A DNA stretch of 64,000 bases. It comes from Spirulina sp. Lineage in GTDB: Bacteria > Cyanobacteriota > Cyanobacteriia > Phormidesmidales > Phormidesmidaceae. Position 1 is the stretch's first letter; each line of letters starts with the position of its first letter. Below the pieces are notes generated by a model, which made no database searches, had not been told where the DNA came from, and saw only the letters and a program-made list of their open reading frames with translations. The stretch lies in the NCBI GenBank assembly GCA_044070495.1, contig JBIPSI010000007.1:96001-160000 (forward strand), read 5' to 3'. This document shows, piece after piece, positions 9,188-18,691 of this stretch. The translations under genes and the position numbers were made by a program.

Positions 9188-9988
9188 ATGACTACTCCCG
9201 CCATCCCTAGACCATCGGTGTTGCAGGATTTGCCCGACGACTTTGCTGACCTCAGGCCGATACTAGAGGCCAACCTGGAACCCTACATCAAGATGACCGA
9301 AACCCAGGTGACTCCGCCCCAGGTTAAGCATCCAGCGGACCCCCTGACACTGTGGCAAAGCAAGCTAGGGGGGAATCCCTATTTCCCAAAACAGGCCACC
9401 TATCCCACCGACCCCAGTACCCAGTTACCCATGGCCCTGTTGGTGCAGATTAACTGTTCCGAGGTACCCACCATTGCCGGATTTGATTTCCCCACCCAGG
9501 GCCTTCTGCAATTCTATGTGGGGGGTGCTCAACTGGCCGAAGCCTACCGTACCAAAAGCGTCCAGGTGCTCTACTTTCCAGAGGTGACCGAGGATATCGA
9601 GGCCCTGATGACGGACTTTAGCTTCATCCCCCTGCGGGAAACCTATCGCGACACCTTTGATGCCGTTTATAGCCTCTCCTTCAGCGTCAGCCAGGATGTG
9701 TTCCTCGATTGGCATCCTCCCGACCTGGAGAACTTCGACCCGGACTTGGTGGCCGACTTCGAGGACTGGATCTACGACTACTACATCGACAACGGCGCAA
9801 ACCACCTAGGCAGCAAGTTGGCGGGCTGGCCCGATCCCCACGGTTCCGTTCCCGGCCATTGGCAGCGATTGTTGTTGGAGGTGGCCAACCTAGGGGGGGT
9901 GAGCGAGTCGGTCTATTTCTTTTTAGAAGACGACAGGCTTCGCGCCCGCGACTTTAGTGCCGTGCGGTTCTATCACGAATGCGACTAA
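9188..9988 (+). CDS. DUF1963 (YwqG) family protein
   Basis: QSKLGGNPYFP, LLVQINCSEVP, FPTQGLLQFY, SKLAGWP, YFF...LRARDFS. Confidence 0.75.
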   Translation: MTTPAIPRPSVLQDLPDDFADLRPILEANLEPYIKMTETQVTPPQVKHPADPLTLWQSKLGGNPYFPKQATYPTDPSTQLPMALLVQINCSEVPTIAGFDFPTQGLLQFYVGGAQLAEAYRTKSVQVLYFPEVTEDIEALMTDFSFIPLRETYRDTFDAVYSLSFSVSQDVFLDWHPPDLENFDPDLVADFEDWIYDYYIDNGANHLGSKLAGWPDPHGSVPGHWQRLLLEVANLGGVSESVYFFLEDDRLRARDFSAVRFYHECD

Positions 9989-10011
9989 ATCCGGCGCGGC
10001 GCGGCGCGGCG

Positions 10012-11103
10012 CTACACATTAAACCGGAACAGCATCACATCGCCCTCCTGCACCACGTACTCTTTACCTTCGCTGCGGACGAGACCCTTGTCCTTGGCGG
10101 CGGCCATGGATCCGTTATCAACAAGATCCTGATAGGCAACGGTTTCGGCCCGAATGAAACCCCGTTCAAAGTCGGTGTGGATGACGCCAGCGGCCTGGGG
10201 GGCCAGCATTCCGGCTTTGATCGTCCAGGCGCGGGTTTCCTTGGGGCCAGTGGTGAAGTAGGTGCGTAGGCCCAGCAGTTCGTAGGTGGCGCGAATCAGG
10301 GTCAGTAGCCCTCCCTCGGTGACGCCCAGGGCATCGAGGAAGTCCCGCCGTTCCTCGTCGTTGAGGTCGATCAGTTCCGATTCTACCTGGGCTGAAATCA
10401 CCACGACTTGTGCCCCCTCCTCGGCGGCGACTTGGCGCACCTGTTCTACCCAGGCATTGCCGCTGGCCAGGTCATCTTCGGAGACATTGGTGGCGTAGAT
10501 AACGGGCTTGCGGGTGAGCAGTCCCAGGGGTTTGATGATGGCCTCGGCCTCTTCGTCCAGTTCCACCTGGCGGGCGGTTTTGCCCTCGTTGAGAACGGGC
10601 AGAATTTTCTCCAGAATAGCTAACTCCGCCTGGGCTTCTTTGTCAGCGCGGGCCAGCTTGCGGACTCGGTCAACCCGACGCTCTAGCTGGGCCAAATCCG
10701 CCAGGGCCAGTTCCAGGTTAATCACCTCCATGTCGCGCACCGGGTCTACGGAACCGGAGACATGGATGATGTCGTCGTCCTCAAAGCAGCGCACCACATG
10801 GACAATGGCATCCACCTCGCGAATGTTGGCCAAAAACTGGTTGCCCAAGCCTTCCCCTTGGCTAGCCCCCTTCACTAGTCCAGCAATGTCCACAAATTCC
10901 ACCCGCGCAGGCACGGTTTCGGCGGAACTGGACAGATCGGCTAGCACCTGAAGCCGAGGGTCGGGCACCGCCACCACTCCCACGTTCGGCTCGATGGTGC
11001 AGAAGGGAAAGTTGGCGGCTTGGGCCTTGGCGTTGGCAACCACGGCATTGAAGAGGGTCGATTTTCCAACGTTGGGCAGGCCCACAATTCCGGCTCGCAG
11101 CAT
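10012..11103 (-). CDS. ychF: Redox-regulated ATPase YchF
   Basis: [50 protein letters not shown]-terminus. Confidence 0.97.
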   Translation of the reverse strand: MLRAGIVGLPNVGKSTLFNAVVANAKAQAANFPFCTIEPNVGVVAVPDPRLQVLADLSSSAETVPARVEFVDIAGLVKGASQGEGLGNQFLANIREVDAIVHVVRCFEDDDIIHVSGSVDPVRDMEVINLELALADLAQLERRVDRVRKLARADKEAQAELAILEKILPVLNEGKTARQVELDEEAEAIIKPLGLLTRKPVIYATNVSEDDLASGNAWVEQVRQVAAEEGAQVVVISAQVESELIDLNDEERRDFLDALGVTEGGLLTLIRATYELLGLRTYFTTGPKETRAWTIKAGMLAPQAAGVIHTDFERGFIRAETVAYQDLVDNGSMAAAKDKGLVRSEGKEYVVQEGDVMLFRFNV

Positions 11104-11279
11104 GGTTTAGGTCTTGAGATAAGGGGACAGGACATACCATCATACCCCTTCAGCATAGGGGAAGCCGCCGCCAATGGAGCGGCCTGTCGCAAGACCTGAG
11201 GGTTGCTATACCCTAGGGTTGCTATACCCTTAAGGCGGCAGGGGCCGTAAGACGACGTAGGTAGGGGAGGACGGGTGCG

Positions 11280-11984
11280 ATGGTAAGCGAGGGCTGGCAG
11301 GATCGGTTTAACCAGGTGGCGCAACCCCCACGGGAAGTGGGCTATCTCCAGCCAAGCGCAGCCCCCACGAGCTATCAACGGGTCTTTAGACGGCGATCTT
11401 GGTTCATCGGCCTGGGCCTGGGCCTGGGGCTGCTGCTGTCGGGCTGCGAAACCCTGGGGCTATCGGGATCATCCCCCGATGCCGATACGGAAGCGGGGAA
11501 TCAGTACGTGAGTCGTTCGGTACGGGGGAGTCGGTTAATGAGCCGCACCATGCCCGCCAGTTTGGGGCTGCGACGAGGCTGGCAAATGGCTCCACCCCAA
11601 TCGCTCCACCCCAACGCCGACCTGCAAGCCCACCACCCAGGACAGGGAATCTTTTTGGTGGTGCTGGGGGAAAGCAAGGCCAGCGTGATGCCAGGAACCT
11701 TGGAACAACAGGCCATGCAGTATCTTCAACTGATGCGAATGGGCTTTGACCAAGTGACGAGTCCAGAATCGCGCACGGGGGTAAGCCAGGTCGGCACCTA
11801 CCCAGCAGTGCAGTACGCCCTCCAAGCCAATGTGCGGGGGGAATCGGTGGCCTACCTCCATACCACCGTGGAAATGGGGGAGCACTACTACCAAGTGGTG
11901 ACCTGGACAAAGGCGGATCGCTACTCCTCCAATGCCGACGAAATGCGGGCGGTGGTGCAAGAATTTAGCCCCGATCAGCGTTGA
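11280..11984 (+). CDS. Hypothetical lipoprotein
   Basis: RRR followed by a hydrophobic stretch and LLSGC lipobox; start uncertain. Confidence 0.65.
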   Translation: MVSEGWQDRFNQVAQPPREVGYLQPSAAPTSYQRVFRRRSWFIGLGLGLGLLLSGCETLGLSGSSPDADTEAGNQYVSRSVRGSRLMSRTMPASLGLRRGWQMAPPQSLHPNADLQAHHPGQGIFLVVLGESKASVMPGTLEQQAMQYLQLMRMGFDQVTSPESRTGVSQVGTYPAVQYALQANVRGESVAYLHTTVEMGEHYYQVVTWTKADRYSSNADEMRAVVQEFSPDQR

Positions 11985-11996
11985 GCGTCCTCAGAT

Positions 11997-12024
11997 GAAA
12001 AAGCCCGCCGGGGAACCGACGGGT
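11997..12024 (-). terminator. Intrinsic terminator closing the nitrile hydratase operon
   Basis: GC-rich hairpin GCCCGCCGG-GGAA-CCGACGGGT with an A6 tract on + (U tract on -). Confidence 0.55.
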
Positions 12025-12062
12025 CAATAGCAAAGGATTAGGGGCGATTCGAGAATTAAAGA

Positions 12063-12710
12063 CTACCCTAAAATGGATGCCGAGAGGAAAGCTACACCAA
12101 TGCCTGAGAGAGTAAAACCCGCGAAACGTAGGTTAAGTGGCTTTACCTCACTACTTGCCCCTAGCTGCTTAGCCAACAGATAAGCACTAATAGAGATGAA
12201 CATCTGAATAGCAGAGAAACCTACTAAGTAAGCAATCAATGATGACATTTCTGCCCCAATGACAGCCTCTCCATACGCATAGCCATGGAACATGCCAGCC
12301 ATCGAAGCCAGGAGAATCATGGCTCCCGCAGGCAATGAGTTCTTGGCAGCTAGAAGCAAGCCAAATACCAAAACAGATGAAGCAATAAAGAATTCTGGTG
12401 CAGGCAAGTTAAGGTTAGACAAATGAATCCCTGTACCCAGAAGTGAAGCTAGAACAAACGCCACAGGAATGAACAAGCCTCGATTAAAGATAGCGGCTAG
12501 CAAACCAATGGTGATTACAAAGGCGAGGTGATCAAGACCAATCACTGGATGTCCAACACCAGAGAGAAATCCCTCCATCGCAGTTGTTGGAGAGTCCCCA
12601 CCAAATGGATGGTGAGCCAGGGCTGGGAAACATAGGGTTAACGAGGTAATAGCTACTAGACTGCTGATGATAATCTTCGGTCTCAAGTTAGAAAAAGACT
12701 GGATATGCAT
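12063..12710 (-). CDS. HupE/UreJ family Ni/Co transporter
   Basis: ALAHHPFGG, GFLSGVGHPVIGLDHL, FHGYAYG motifs; multiple TM segments. Confidence 0.9.
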   Translation of the reverse strand: MHIQSFSNLRPKIIISSLVAITSLTLCFPALAHHPFGGDSPTTAMEGFLSGVGHPVIGLDHLAFVITIGLLAAIFNRGLFIPVAFVLASLLGTGIHLSNLNLPAPEFFIASSVLVFGLLLAAKNSLPAGAMILLASMAGMFHGYAYGEAVIGAEMSSLIAYLVGFSAIQMFISISAYLLAKQLGASSEVKPLNLRFAGFTLSGIGVAFLSASILG

Positions 12711-12766
12711 GGTGGGTTAGTCCTAACGGTAGTTCTAGGTTTTACAGAAGTATCAAAAGGTAGCTA

Positions 12767-13156
12767 TCAGATTGCACTAGAGGAAGCATCAGAGAGAATA
12801 GGCTCATCATGGGCACTTGCACAATCTAATAAAGTAGATAACTTTGCCTCTAGCTCTGTCTTATCTACAAGACCTGTATCTATGACAAGCTTTTCTAAAA
12901 CGGTATACCAGCGCTGGTAGTAGTCCCAGGTTGGATCGTCTAGATTATGCTCTGACTCCCACTCATCAATGGTGGAAATTAAATTTTTACGAAAGTCTTC
13001 CCACTCGTAATGCCCTTTTTTAGATAGGGCTATGGCAAGCGCAAAGGCAACCTGTTCCCAACTTCGCTTGAAAGCAAGACTTCCATTCTCTCGAGGAGGA
13101 GATTCTTCACTGCCCATTAAGCTAGAAGCAGCAAAATGTTCAAATCGGGTAAACAT
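12767..13156 (-). CDS. Nitrile hydratase accessory/activator protein (P14K-like)
   Basis: PPRENGSLAFKRSWEQVAFALAIAL...YEWEDFR...YYQRWYTVLEKL; directly after the alpha subunit; start at MFTRF. Confidence 0.85.
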   Translation of the reverse strand: MFTRFEHFAASSLMGSEESPPRENGSLAFKRSWEQVAFALAIALSKKGHYEWEDFRKNLISTIDEWESEHNLDDPTWDYYQRWYTVLEKLVIDTGLVDKTELEAKLSTLLDCASAHDEPILSDASSSAI

Positions 13157-13271
13157 GGGAAATAAACCTTCTCCCTGGCTAAAGTAAAGCTTGTCCAAGC
13201 CCAGCGGCATAGTTTTAGCTAGGGGAAAATTTCAATCCCTAAGCTGGACTTGGAAAAAAGTTCGTAACTTT

Positions 13272-13901
13272 CTAAGGAATAGCTACTGTAGCCACACCCA
13301 TCATGGATTCTGGGGTAACAAGGTTGGCCAAATCATCTTCACTCATATGCTCGGTACCAGCAGGTCGTTCTGGCAGCACCCACCAGCGAATCTGTCCGCT
13401 ACTATCCCAAACTCGAACCTCGATAGAATCATCTAGCTCAAGGCCAAACTCCTTTAGAACCTTGCGAGGCTCACGGGCCGCTCTAGATCTGAAGGTTGGA
13501 TCTTTATACCAGTAGGGAGGTAAACCTAACGTCGGCCAAGGGTAGCAGGAACATAGGGTGCAGATGATCAAGTTATGAACAGACGAGGTATTCTCAGCTA
13601 CTCGCATGTGTTCACCTTCCGCACCAGACATGCCAGTTGTCATGCCCATCGCGTCACAGGCCGCATTGCAATCTTTGATTAAAAGCTCCTTGAACTCCGG
13701 ATCAACCCATGCCTTTGCGACCAATTTAGCCCCGTTAAACGGCCCCATCTTGGACTCGAAATATTCCAGCACCTTATTGACAGTTTCACTACCAATAATG
13801 CCTTTTTCAATCAACAAAGCTTCGAGTGCTCTAACCTTTGCAGCACTTTCTAGCTCACGATTGGGACTATAGTTAAAGATCTCATCACCAGGAATAGACA
13901 T
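13272..13901 (-). CDS. nthA: Nitrile hydratase alpha subunit, cobalt type
   Basis: GAKLVAKAWVDPEFK; metal motif CTLCSCYPWP (Thr/Tyr = Co-type); LGLPPYWYK; REPRKVL. Confidence 0.93.
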   Translation of the reverse strand: MSIPGDEIFNYSPNRELESAAKVRALEALLIEKGIIGSETVNKVLEYFESKMGPFNGAKLVAKAWVDPEFKELLIKDCNAACDAMGMTTGMSGAEGEHMRVAENTSSVHNLIICTLCSCYPWPTLGLPPYWYKDPTFRSRAAREPRKVLKEFGLELDDSIEVRVWDSSGQIRWWVLPERPAGTEHMSEDDLANLVTPESMMGVATVAIP

Positions 13902-13934
13902 CGGTATCTCACCTCACTTCAAAAAATTCTAGGT

Positions 13935-14681
13935 CTAGGCTGCATCGAGATAGATCTCGAAAATGTCGGCGTAAAAAGTAGATCCAGGTTCAGCGAGATC
14001 TTCACCCCAGATTTCCTTAGGATCAAAGCGGACGCTATAGCTGGGCTGGGCTGGGCCTAATCCATCAGAGGGGCCAGGAAAGTAGGCATAGCACCCTTCA
14101 TAAACGAGGTCAATAACTCCGGTCTTACCACGCAAATGCCCTGGCAGTCGAGTATGTTCAACCACTGGCATATCCTTGACCACTACAGTCTCACCTACGG
14201 AGAACTTTGGCTGAATATTGACGTCTCGCTTCGGAGAGTCACCCAGTTCTAAGTACTTGATGACTTGCTCATCAATAGCGGCAATTTCCTTCTGAGGAAG
14301 TGGGAAGGGGTCAACGTTCCCCTCTTTCAGATAAAAACTGATTTTCTGATCCAGTTCTTCTTGGGAAATATACCCTTTCTCAACAAAGAAGCCAGAGATA
14401 CCACCTAACCACTTTTCGTAGTATCGAAATTTGAAGTAGTCGAAGGGGTTCATGGCTTCTGCCCCTCGCCGCAAATCAGCCCAAGTCCAGATATCCTTAA
14501 AGGTTGTAGGAACCTGCTCAATGGGATAATTAGGTAATGCATCCTTGAGGTGAGCACTTAAACCCATCATGGCTGTATGAATGCCGAAGATGCGCTTTTC
14601 CCATTGCTCAACAAATACTTTCTTCTGAAAGTCTACGGGGCCAAGTCCTTCTAGGCTGCCTAGAGAATGCTGTAATTTCAT
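13935..14681 (-). CDS. nthB: Nitrile hydratase beta subunit (divergent N-terminus)
   Basis: EGLGPV...FVEQWEKRIFG, LRRGAEAM...YYEKW, HTRLPGHLRGKTGVI, YSVRF...EIWG, DIFEIYL. Confidence 0.9.
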   Translation of the reverse strand: MKLQHSLGSLEGLGPVDFQKKVFVEQWEKRIFGIHTAMMGLSAHLKDALPNYPIEQVPTTFKDIWTWADLRRGAEAMNPFDYFKFRYYEKWLGGISGFFVEKGYISQEELDQKISFYLKEGNVDPFPLPQKEIAAIDEQVIKYLELGDSPKRDVNIQPKFSVGETVVVKDMPVVEHTRLPGHLRGKTGVIDLVYEGCYAYFPGPSDGLGPAQPSYSVRFDPKEIWGEDLAEPGSTFYADIFEIYLDAA

Positions 14682-14731
14682 AAACTCTTTAGCTCCATTT
14701 CACTGATTTCAAGATTTGAATTGTGCTGATT

Positions 14732-15262
14732 TTAGATGTCCTTAGCGGTTTCCCTAGCCGCCTCAACGACAGCAGGAGTTGTCGTCATCGCTTTGCCCCA
14801 AGCTTCGGAAAGATAGCCAAAGATGTTTCCTAGAATCATGGCTGCAATAGCAATTAAAACTGGGTTATTGGGTAAGGGAGCTGTCACCGATAAGCCTGTC
14901 ACGGCAACAGTACCAACGGTTTGTGAAAAACCCCACACAATGGCAGGAGTAATACCGTGGGTGAAAGGAAGCTTTGAGGCCTGCACCATGCCAGCGCTAC
15001 CAATACCAACACAAATGGCGGCAACGAGGGGACTCGGCCCAATTAGATCAATGGCCAATAAAGAAAGAGCTGCAATGATAATCCCCGTAATATTACAGGA
15101 AACAGATTTAGTAAATCCTCGAACGCCACCCCCAACGATAAAAAAGGAGGCCCAGGCCGTGAAGGTAACCCAAACGGGTACAGGGATGACAGTTGCCGTC
15201 AAAAATACATCTACACCGCCAAGAACACCGATGCTAATACTCAGGGCTTCGGACTGTTTCAT
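14732..15262 (-). CDS. DUF1097 family membrane protein
   Basis: Hydrophobic 176 aa; PVWVTFTAWASFF..GGG, MILGNIFGYLSE. Confidence 0.75.
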   Translation of the reverse strand: MKQSEALSISIGVLGGVDVFLTATVIPVPVWVTFTAWASFFIVGGGVRGFTKSVSCNITGIIIAALSLLAIDLIGPSPLVAAICVGIGSAGMVQASKLPFTHGITPAIVWGFSQTVGTVAVTGLSVTAPLPNNPVLIAIAAMILGNIFGYLSEAWGKAMTTTPAVVEAARETAKDI

Positions 15263-15288
15263 AATAGGCTTGGCTCCGAATTATTTGG

Positions 15289-16245
15289 TCACATTAAGCA
15301 ATCATGAAAACCGCGCCGCAACTCATCTTCATTTAGGTTGCGACCAATAAAGACCAGTTCATTCCGTCGAGTTTCCCCAGGCTGCCAGGGACGACCTGGG
15401 CGACCATCTAGGGTCATATGAACTCCCTGAAAAACAAACCTTCGATCTTCATAGTCCATGTCGAGGATGCCTTTCATCCGAAAAATATCAGCCCCTCGCT
15501 CTTGCACCAGTTGATAAAGCCAGCGGTTGAATTTATCACCATTGACAACCCCACCTTCTTGCATGGCTACTGAGGCAACGGTCTCATCATGCTCGTGGGC
15601 ATCTTCGTCTAGAAACTCTGGATCGACACTGAGAGCATTCTTCAGATCAAAAGCTCCAACTCCTAACACAGAATCTAGGCTAATTTCACAGTTTTGGGTC
15701 TGATGAATTTTGGCGATTACATTCATCTGTCGAATTCTCTGCTCCAGTTCTTCCAGAATTGGGGGAGAGACTAAATCAACTTTGTTTAGTAAAATGACAT
15801 CGGCAAAAGCAATTTGCTCTTGGGCTTCACTGCTATCCCAATGCTCCCAGATATATTTAGCGTCAACAACGGTGACGATGGCATCTAGAAGAAGCCGTGA
15901 TCGCATGACTTCATCCACAAAAAAAGACTGAATGACAGGGGCAGGATCAGCTAGGCCCGTCGTTTCAATCATGAGGTAGTCAAAATCCTCAGAGCGCTCC
16001 ATCAAGCTACTAATGATGCGAATCAAATCACTTCGCACTGTGCAGCAAATGCAGCCATTATTCATTTCAAGAATTTCTTCGTCAGCACCTATCACAAGCT
16101 GGTTATCGATGCCAACTTCGCCAAATTCATTGACAATCACAGCAATTCGCTTGCCGTGCTGTGCAGTAAGAATATAGTTCAGTAATGTGGTCTTGCCTGC
16201 ACCTAGATATCCAGTCAGTACCGTGGTAGGAATCTGATTCTGCAA
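15289..16245 (-). CDS. COG0523/CobW-family G3E GTPase metallochaperone
   Basis: [37 protein letters not shown], CobW_C tail (FRMKG...FQGVH...LVFIGR); TTG start after GAGAGG. Confidence 0.92.
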   Translation of the reverse strand: MQNQIPTTVLTGYLGAGKTTLLNYILTAQHGKRIAVIVNEFGEVGIDNQLVIGADEEILEMNNGCICCTVRSDLIRIISSLMERSEDFDYLMIETTGLADPAPVIQSFFVDEVMRSRLLLDAIVTVVDAKYIWEHWDSSEAQEQIAFADVILLNKVDLVSPPILEELEQRIRQMNVIAKIHQTQNCEISLDSVLGVGAFDLKNALSVDPEFLDEDAHEHDETVASVAMQEGGVVNGDKFNRWLYQLVQERGADIFRMKGILDMDYEDRRFVFQGVHMTLDGRPGRPWQPGETRRNELVFIGRNLNEDELRRGFHDCLM

Positions 16246-16288
16246 AGATGACAGCCTCTCTTATTTTTTCCTTATTTTGTATAAGAGG

Positions 16289-16330
16289 AAAATAAGGGAG
16301 GATGAAAATGATAACTGTATATTAGGCGAC
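16289..16330 (-). promoter_or_regulatory. Class II NtcA-activated promoter of the nitrile hydratase operon
   Basis: Minus strand reads TGTC-GCCTAATA-TAC, exactly 22 nt, then TATTTT (TAN3T). Confidence 0.65.
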
Positions 16331-16445
16331 ACATTGAGAACTTAAAAACGTTGGTCGATCTACTTATTGATGCTCTATGGCCTAGACATCGCCTTTAGTC
16401 AATGCCCCCAAAATCCCTAAGTAATTGCAACGACAGAGAGGACGA

Positions 16446-16570
16446 TCAATTCTGGTGGACCAGGGTTATCATCCGGCCATGTTGCGAGAGGCCCTTGAAC
16501 CGGACTATCCGCAGCTGATGCGAAAGATTAAGTTCGAGCGGTCGCTGAAGCCTTCAAAAGCCGAAGTTGA
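16446..16570 (+). pseudogene. IS5-family transposase internal fragment
   Basis: ILVDQGYHPAMLREALEPDYPQLMRKIKFERSLKPSKAE resembles the D-x-GY catalytic region of cyanobacterial IS5 transposases (from memory). Confidence 0.6.
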
Positions 16571-16753
16571 GAGACCCCTGCCTCATACCACCACGCATCT
16601 CAATCTATGCTTCGTCAGGCTCATATTCAAATGACTGGCGGCTCCTACCTAGGGATCTCAAATGGGTTCCATAGCTATCTCTGCCTTCTCTGGGGTCTAC
16701 CTGTCGCCCATCTGTGGCCTAATAGAAAGGGACAAAACGCGCAGAAGGAGATC

Positions 16754-17392
16754 GTGGGCGTGAGTAAGCAGTGGCTCGGTGGCCTCAACACAATCGGTAG
16801 AGATGGCCTGCGGCCAAGGCTGGAATCCTGGTGTCGGGGCCTCTGGCAAGGGGTGATGGTTCTGAGCTTGGTCGCTCTATTGTGGATTGGCCTCGGTGGG
16901 CAACCCAGCGCCCAGGCAGGGCTGACCGACGACAATTTCGATGGCAATATCTTTGCCCTCTATGCCGGAAATGGCTCTCTAGTACCGCCCAAGGTCTCCC
17001 TAGAGCAGTCTTTGAAGTACAACAAACCCGCCATTGTTGTGATCTACGTGGACGACAGCAGCGACTGCAAACTGTTCTCCTCCACCATTTCCCAACTGCA
17101 AGCCCCCTACGGTCGGGTGGCCAACTTCATCCCGGTCATGGCCGATGCTATCCCGGTCAAGGCTGAGTATGCCCCTAACGAACCGGGCTACTATTTCAAA
17201 AATGCCGTCCCCCAAACCCTGGTGTTCGATGCAGAGGGCAACCTGCGCTTCAACGAAACGGGAACCGTCAGCTACGAAGCCATTGACGACGTAATGCGAG
17301 AGGTCTTTGACCTGCTACCCCGCACCGAGTCTGTAGAACTGCGCCGCCGCCCCGTCAACGAAGTCAACGTAGAACTCGTCCCCGCCGATTAA
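16754..17392 (+). CDS. Thioredoxin-like thylakoid protein (photosystem I accumulation factor family)
   Basis: DDNFDGNIFALYAGNGSLVPP, YVDDSSDCK, VFDLLPRTESVEL; GTG start after AAGGAG (start uncertain). Confidence 0.75.
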   Translation: MGVSKQWLGGLNTIGRDGLRPRLESWCRGLWQGVMVLSLVALLWIGLGGQPSAQAGLTDDNFDGNIFALYAGNGSLVPPKVSLEQSLKYNKPAIVVIYVDDSSDCKLFSSTISQLQAPYGRVANFIPVMADAIPVKAEYAPNEPGYYFKNAVPQTLVFDAEGNLRFNETGTVSYEAIDDVMREVFDLLPRTESVELRRRPVNEVNVELVPAD

Positions 17393-17415
17393 GCGCTCCA
17401 TCGTAGGGCGCACAA

Positions 17416-17437
17416 CGCCAAGGCGAGACTGCGTCAA
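17416..17437 (+). mobile_element. 22-nt double-hairpin micro-insertion inside a GTAG-type REP
   Basis: CGCC-AA-GGCG A GAC-TGC-GTC AA followed by CG, within GTAGGGCG...GCCCTAC. Confidence 0.45.
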
Positions 17438-17524
17438 CGCGAAGCCATGCCCTACCCAGAGACTTCGCTAGTGTGCCACTAGCCCCGACTCCCAAGGGGC
17501 GGATGGGTCGCGTTTACCTAATCC

Positions 17525-18691
17525 CTAGGCTAACAGGAGCGAGACGCCCAATAATGCCCCTGGGATGATGAAAAACACGCCCAAAATATAGGCCAAGGCC
17601 CACCCTTTATTGTCGGTAGCCATTGTGGCCAGCTTTTGTGAACCTTCGTAGGGAATGCGATATAGAAAGGGCACAAAGAAAATCAAAATGGCGGCCAACA
17701 GGTTAAACAGCAAGTGCACCATGGCAATTTGCAAGGCGGGTAAGGCCGTTGGCCCGCTGACGCTGGTGGCCGCTAGCAGGGATGTCACGGTCGTACCAAT
17801 GTTGGCCCCAATGGTAAAGGGATAGATCTGGGCTAGGGTTAAAACGCCCAACCCAGCCAGAGGCACCATCAAGCTCGTTGTGGTTGAGGACGACTGTACC
17901 AGAATGGTGATGAGAATGCCCGATAACACTCCAGACACTGGCCCCCGGCCAATTGCTGTGTTCATAATTTCCTTGGCTTTTCCCACCATCAAGCGCTTCA
18001 TCACTTTGCCCAGGAAATAAATGGAGAAGAAAATTAACCCCATGCCAATCAGAATCTGCAAGATAGCACTATAGGGTTCGGGGAGAAGAGAACTGGTAAT
18101 ATTGCGAATCAAATCCCTTAGAGGTCGAATTAATGCACCCACAAAATCAAGCTCATCAACACTGAGATCTGAATCGCCAACAAAAAGTCCTGCCAATGGC
18201 TTGCTCAGCCGTTCCAGCAAGCCAAACATCATTTCTAGGGGAAAGAAAATGGCCACAGCAAGCAAATTGAACAAGTCCAGCACTGTGGCAGCAGAAAAGG
18301 CTAGCTTGAACTCATCTTTGTTCTTAATGTGTCCGAGGCTAACCAGGGTATTGGTCACCGAGGTTCCCAAGTTTGCCCCCATGATCATGGGAATAGCAAT
18401 GGTCACGGGTAAGCCACCCGCCACCAGGGAAACGATGATGGAGGTTGTTGTACTAGAGGACTGCACAAGTGCCGTTGAAATAATCCCTACCATCAAGCCT
18501 AGAAAAGGGTTGGTGGCAAAGGTGAATAGATACTCCGCCTCATCGCCAACGGCGGCTCGAAAGCCTCGACTGATGACGCTTACGGCAACGATCAGCAGAT
18601 AAAGAAGAACAAGGACAGAAATCCAACCAATCGTTTGCTGTCGAGGACTAAGGTTTTCTGATTCGTGTTTTGTGAGAGGCTTTGAAGTCAC
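17525..18691 (-). CDS. Na+/phosphate cotransporter (NptA/SLC34-like)
   Basis: Two LVQSSSTTTS and GAN(L/I)GT repeats. Confidence 0.9.
   Translation of the reverse strand: MTSKPLTKHESENLSPRQQTIGWISVLVLLYLLIVAVSVISRGFRAAVGDEAEYLFTFATNPFLGLMVGIISTALVQSSSTTTSIIVSLVAGGLPVTIAIPMIMGANLGTSVTNTLVSLGHIKNKDEFKLAFSAATVLDLFNLLAVAIFFPLEMMFGLLERLSKPLAGLFVGDSDLSVDELDFVGALIRPLRDLIRNITSSLLPEPYSAILQILIGMGLIFFSIYFLGKVMKRLMVGKAKEIMNTAIGRGPVSGVLSGILITILVQSSSTTTSLMVPLAGLGVLTLAQIYPFTIGANIGTTVTSLLAATSVSGPTALPALQIAMVHLLFNLLAAILIFFVPFLYRIPYEGSQKLATMATDNKGWALAYILGVFFIIPGALLGVSLLLA

Noticed and set aside
9993..10011. GGCGC tandem between convergent genes
   Set aside because: Very short low-complexity run with no other support.
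13272..14681. Thiocyanate hydrolase or NHLP-type RiPP precursor interpretation
   Set aside because: Beta is a single full-length chain, and alpha has CSCYPW rather than the Arg variant of SCNase. The complete metal motif and absence of RiPP-modifying enzymes exclude a leader-peptide precursor.
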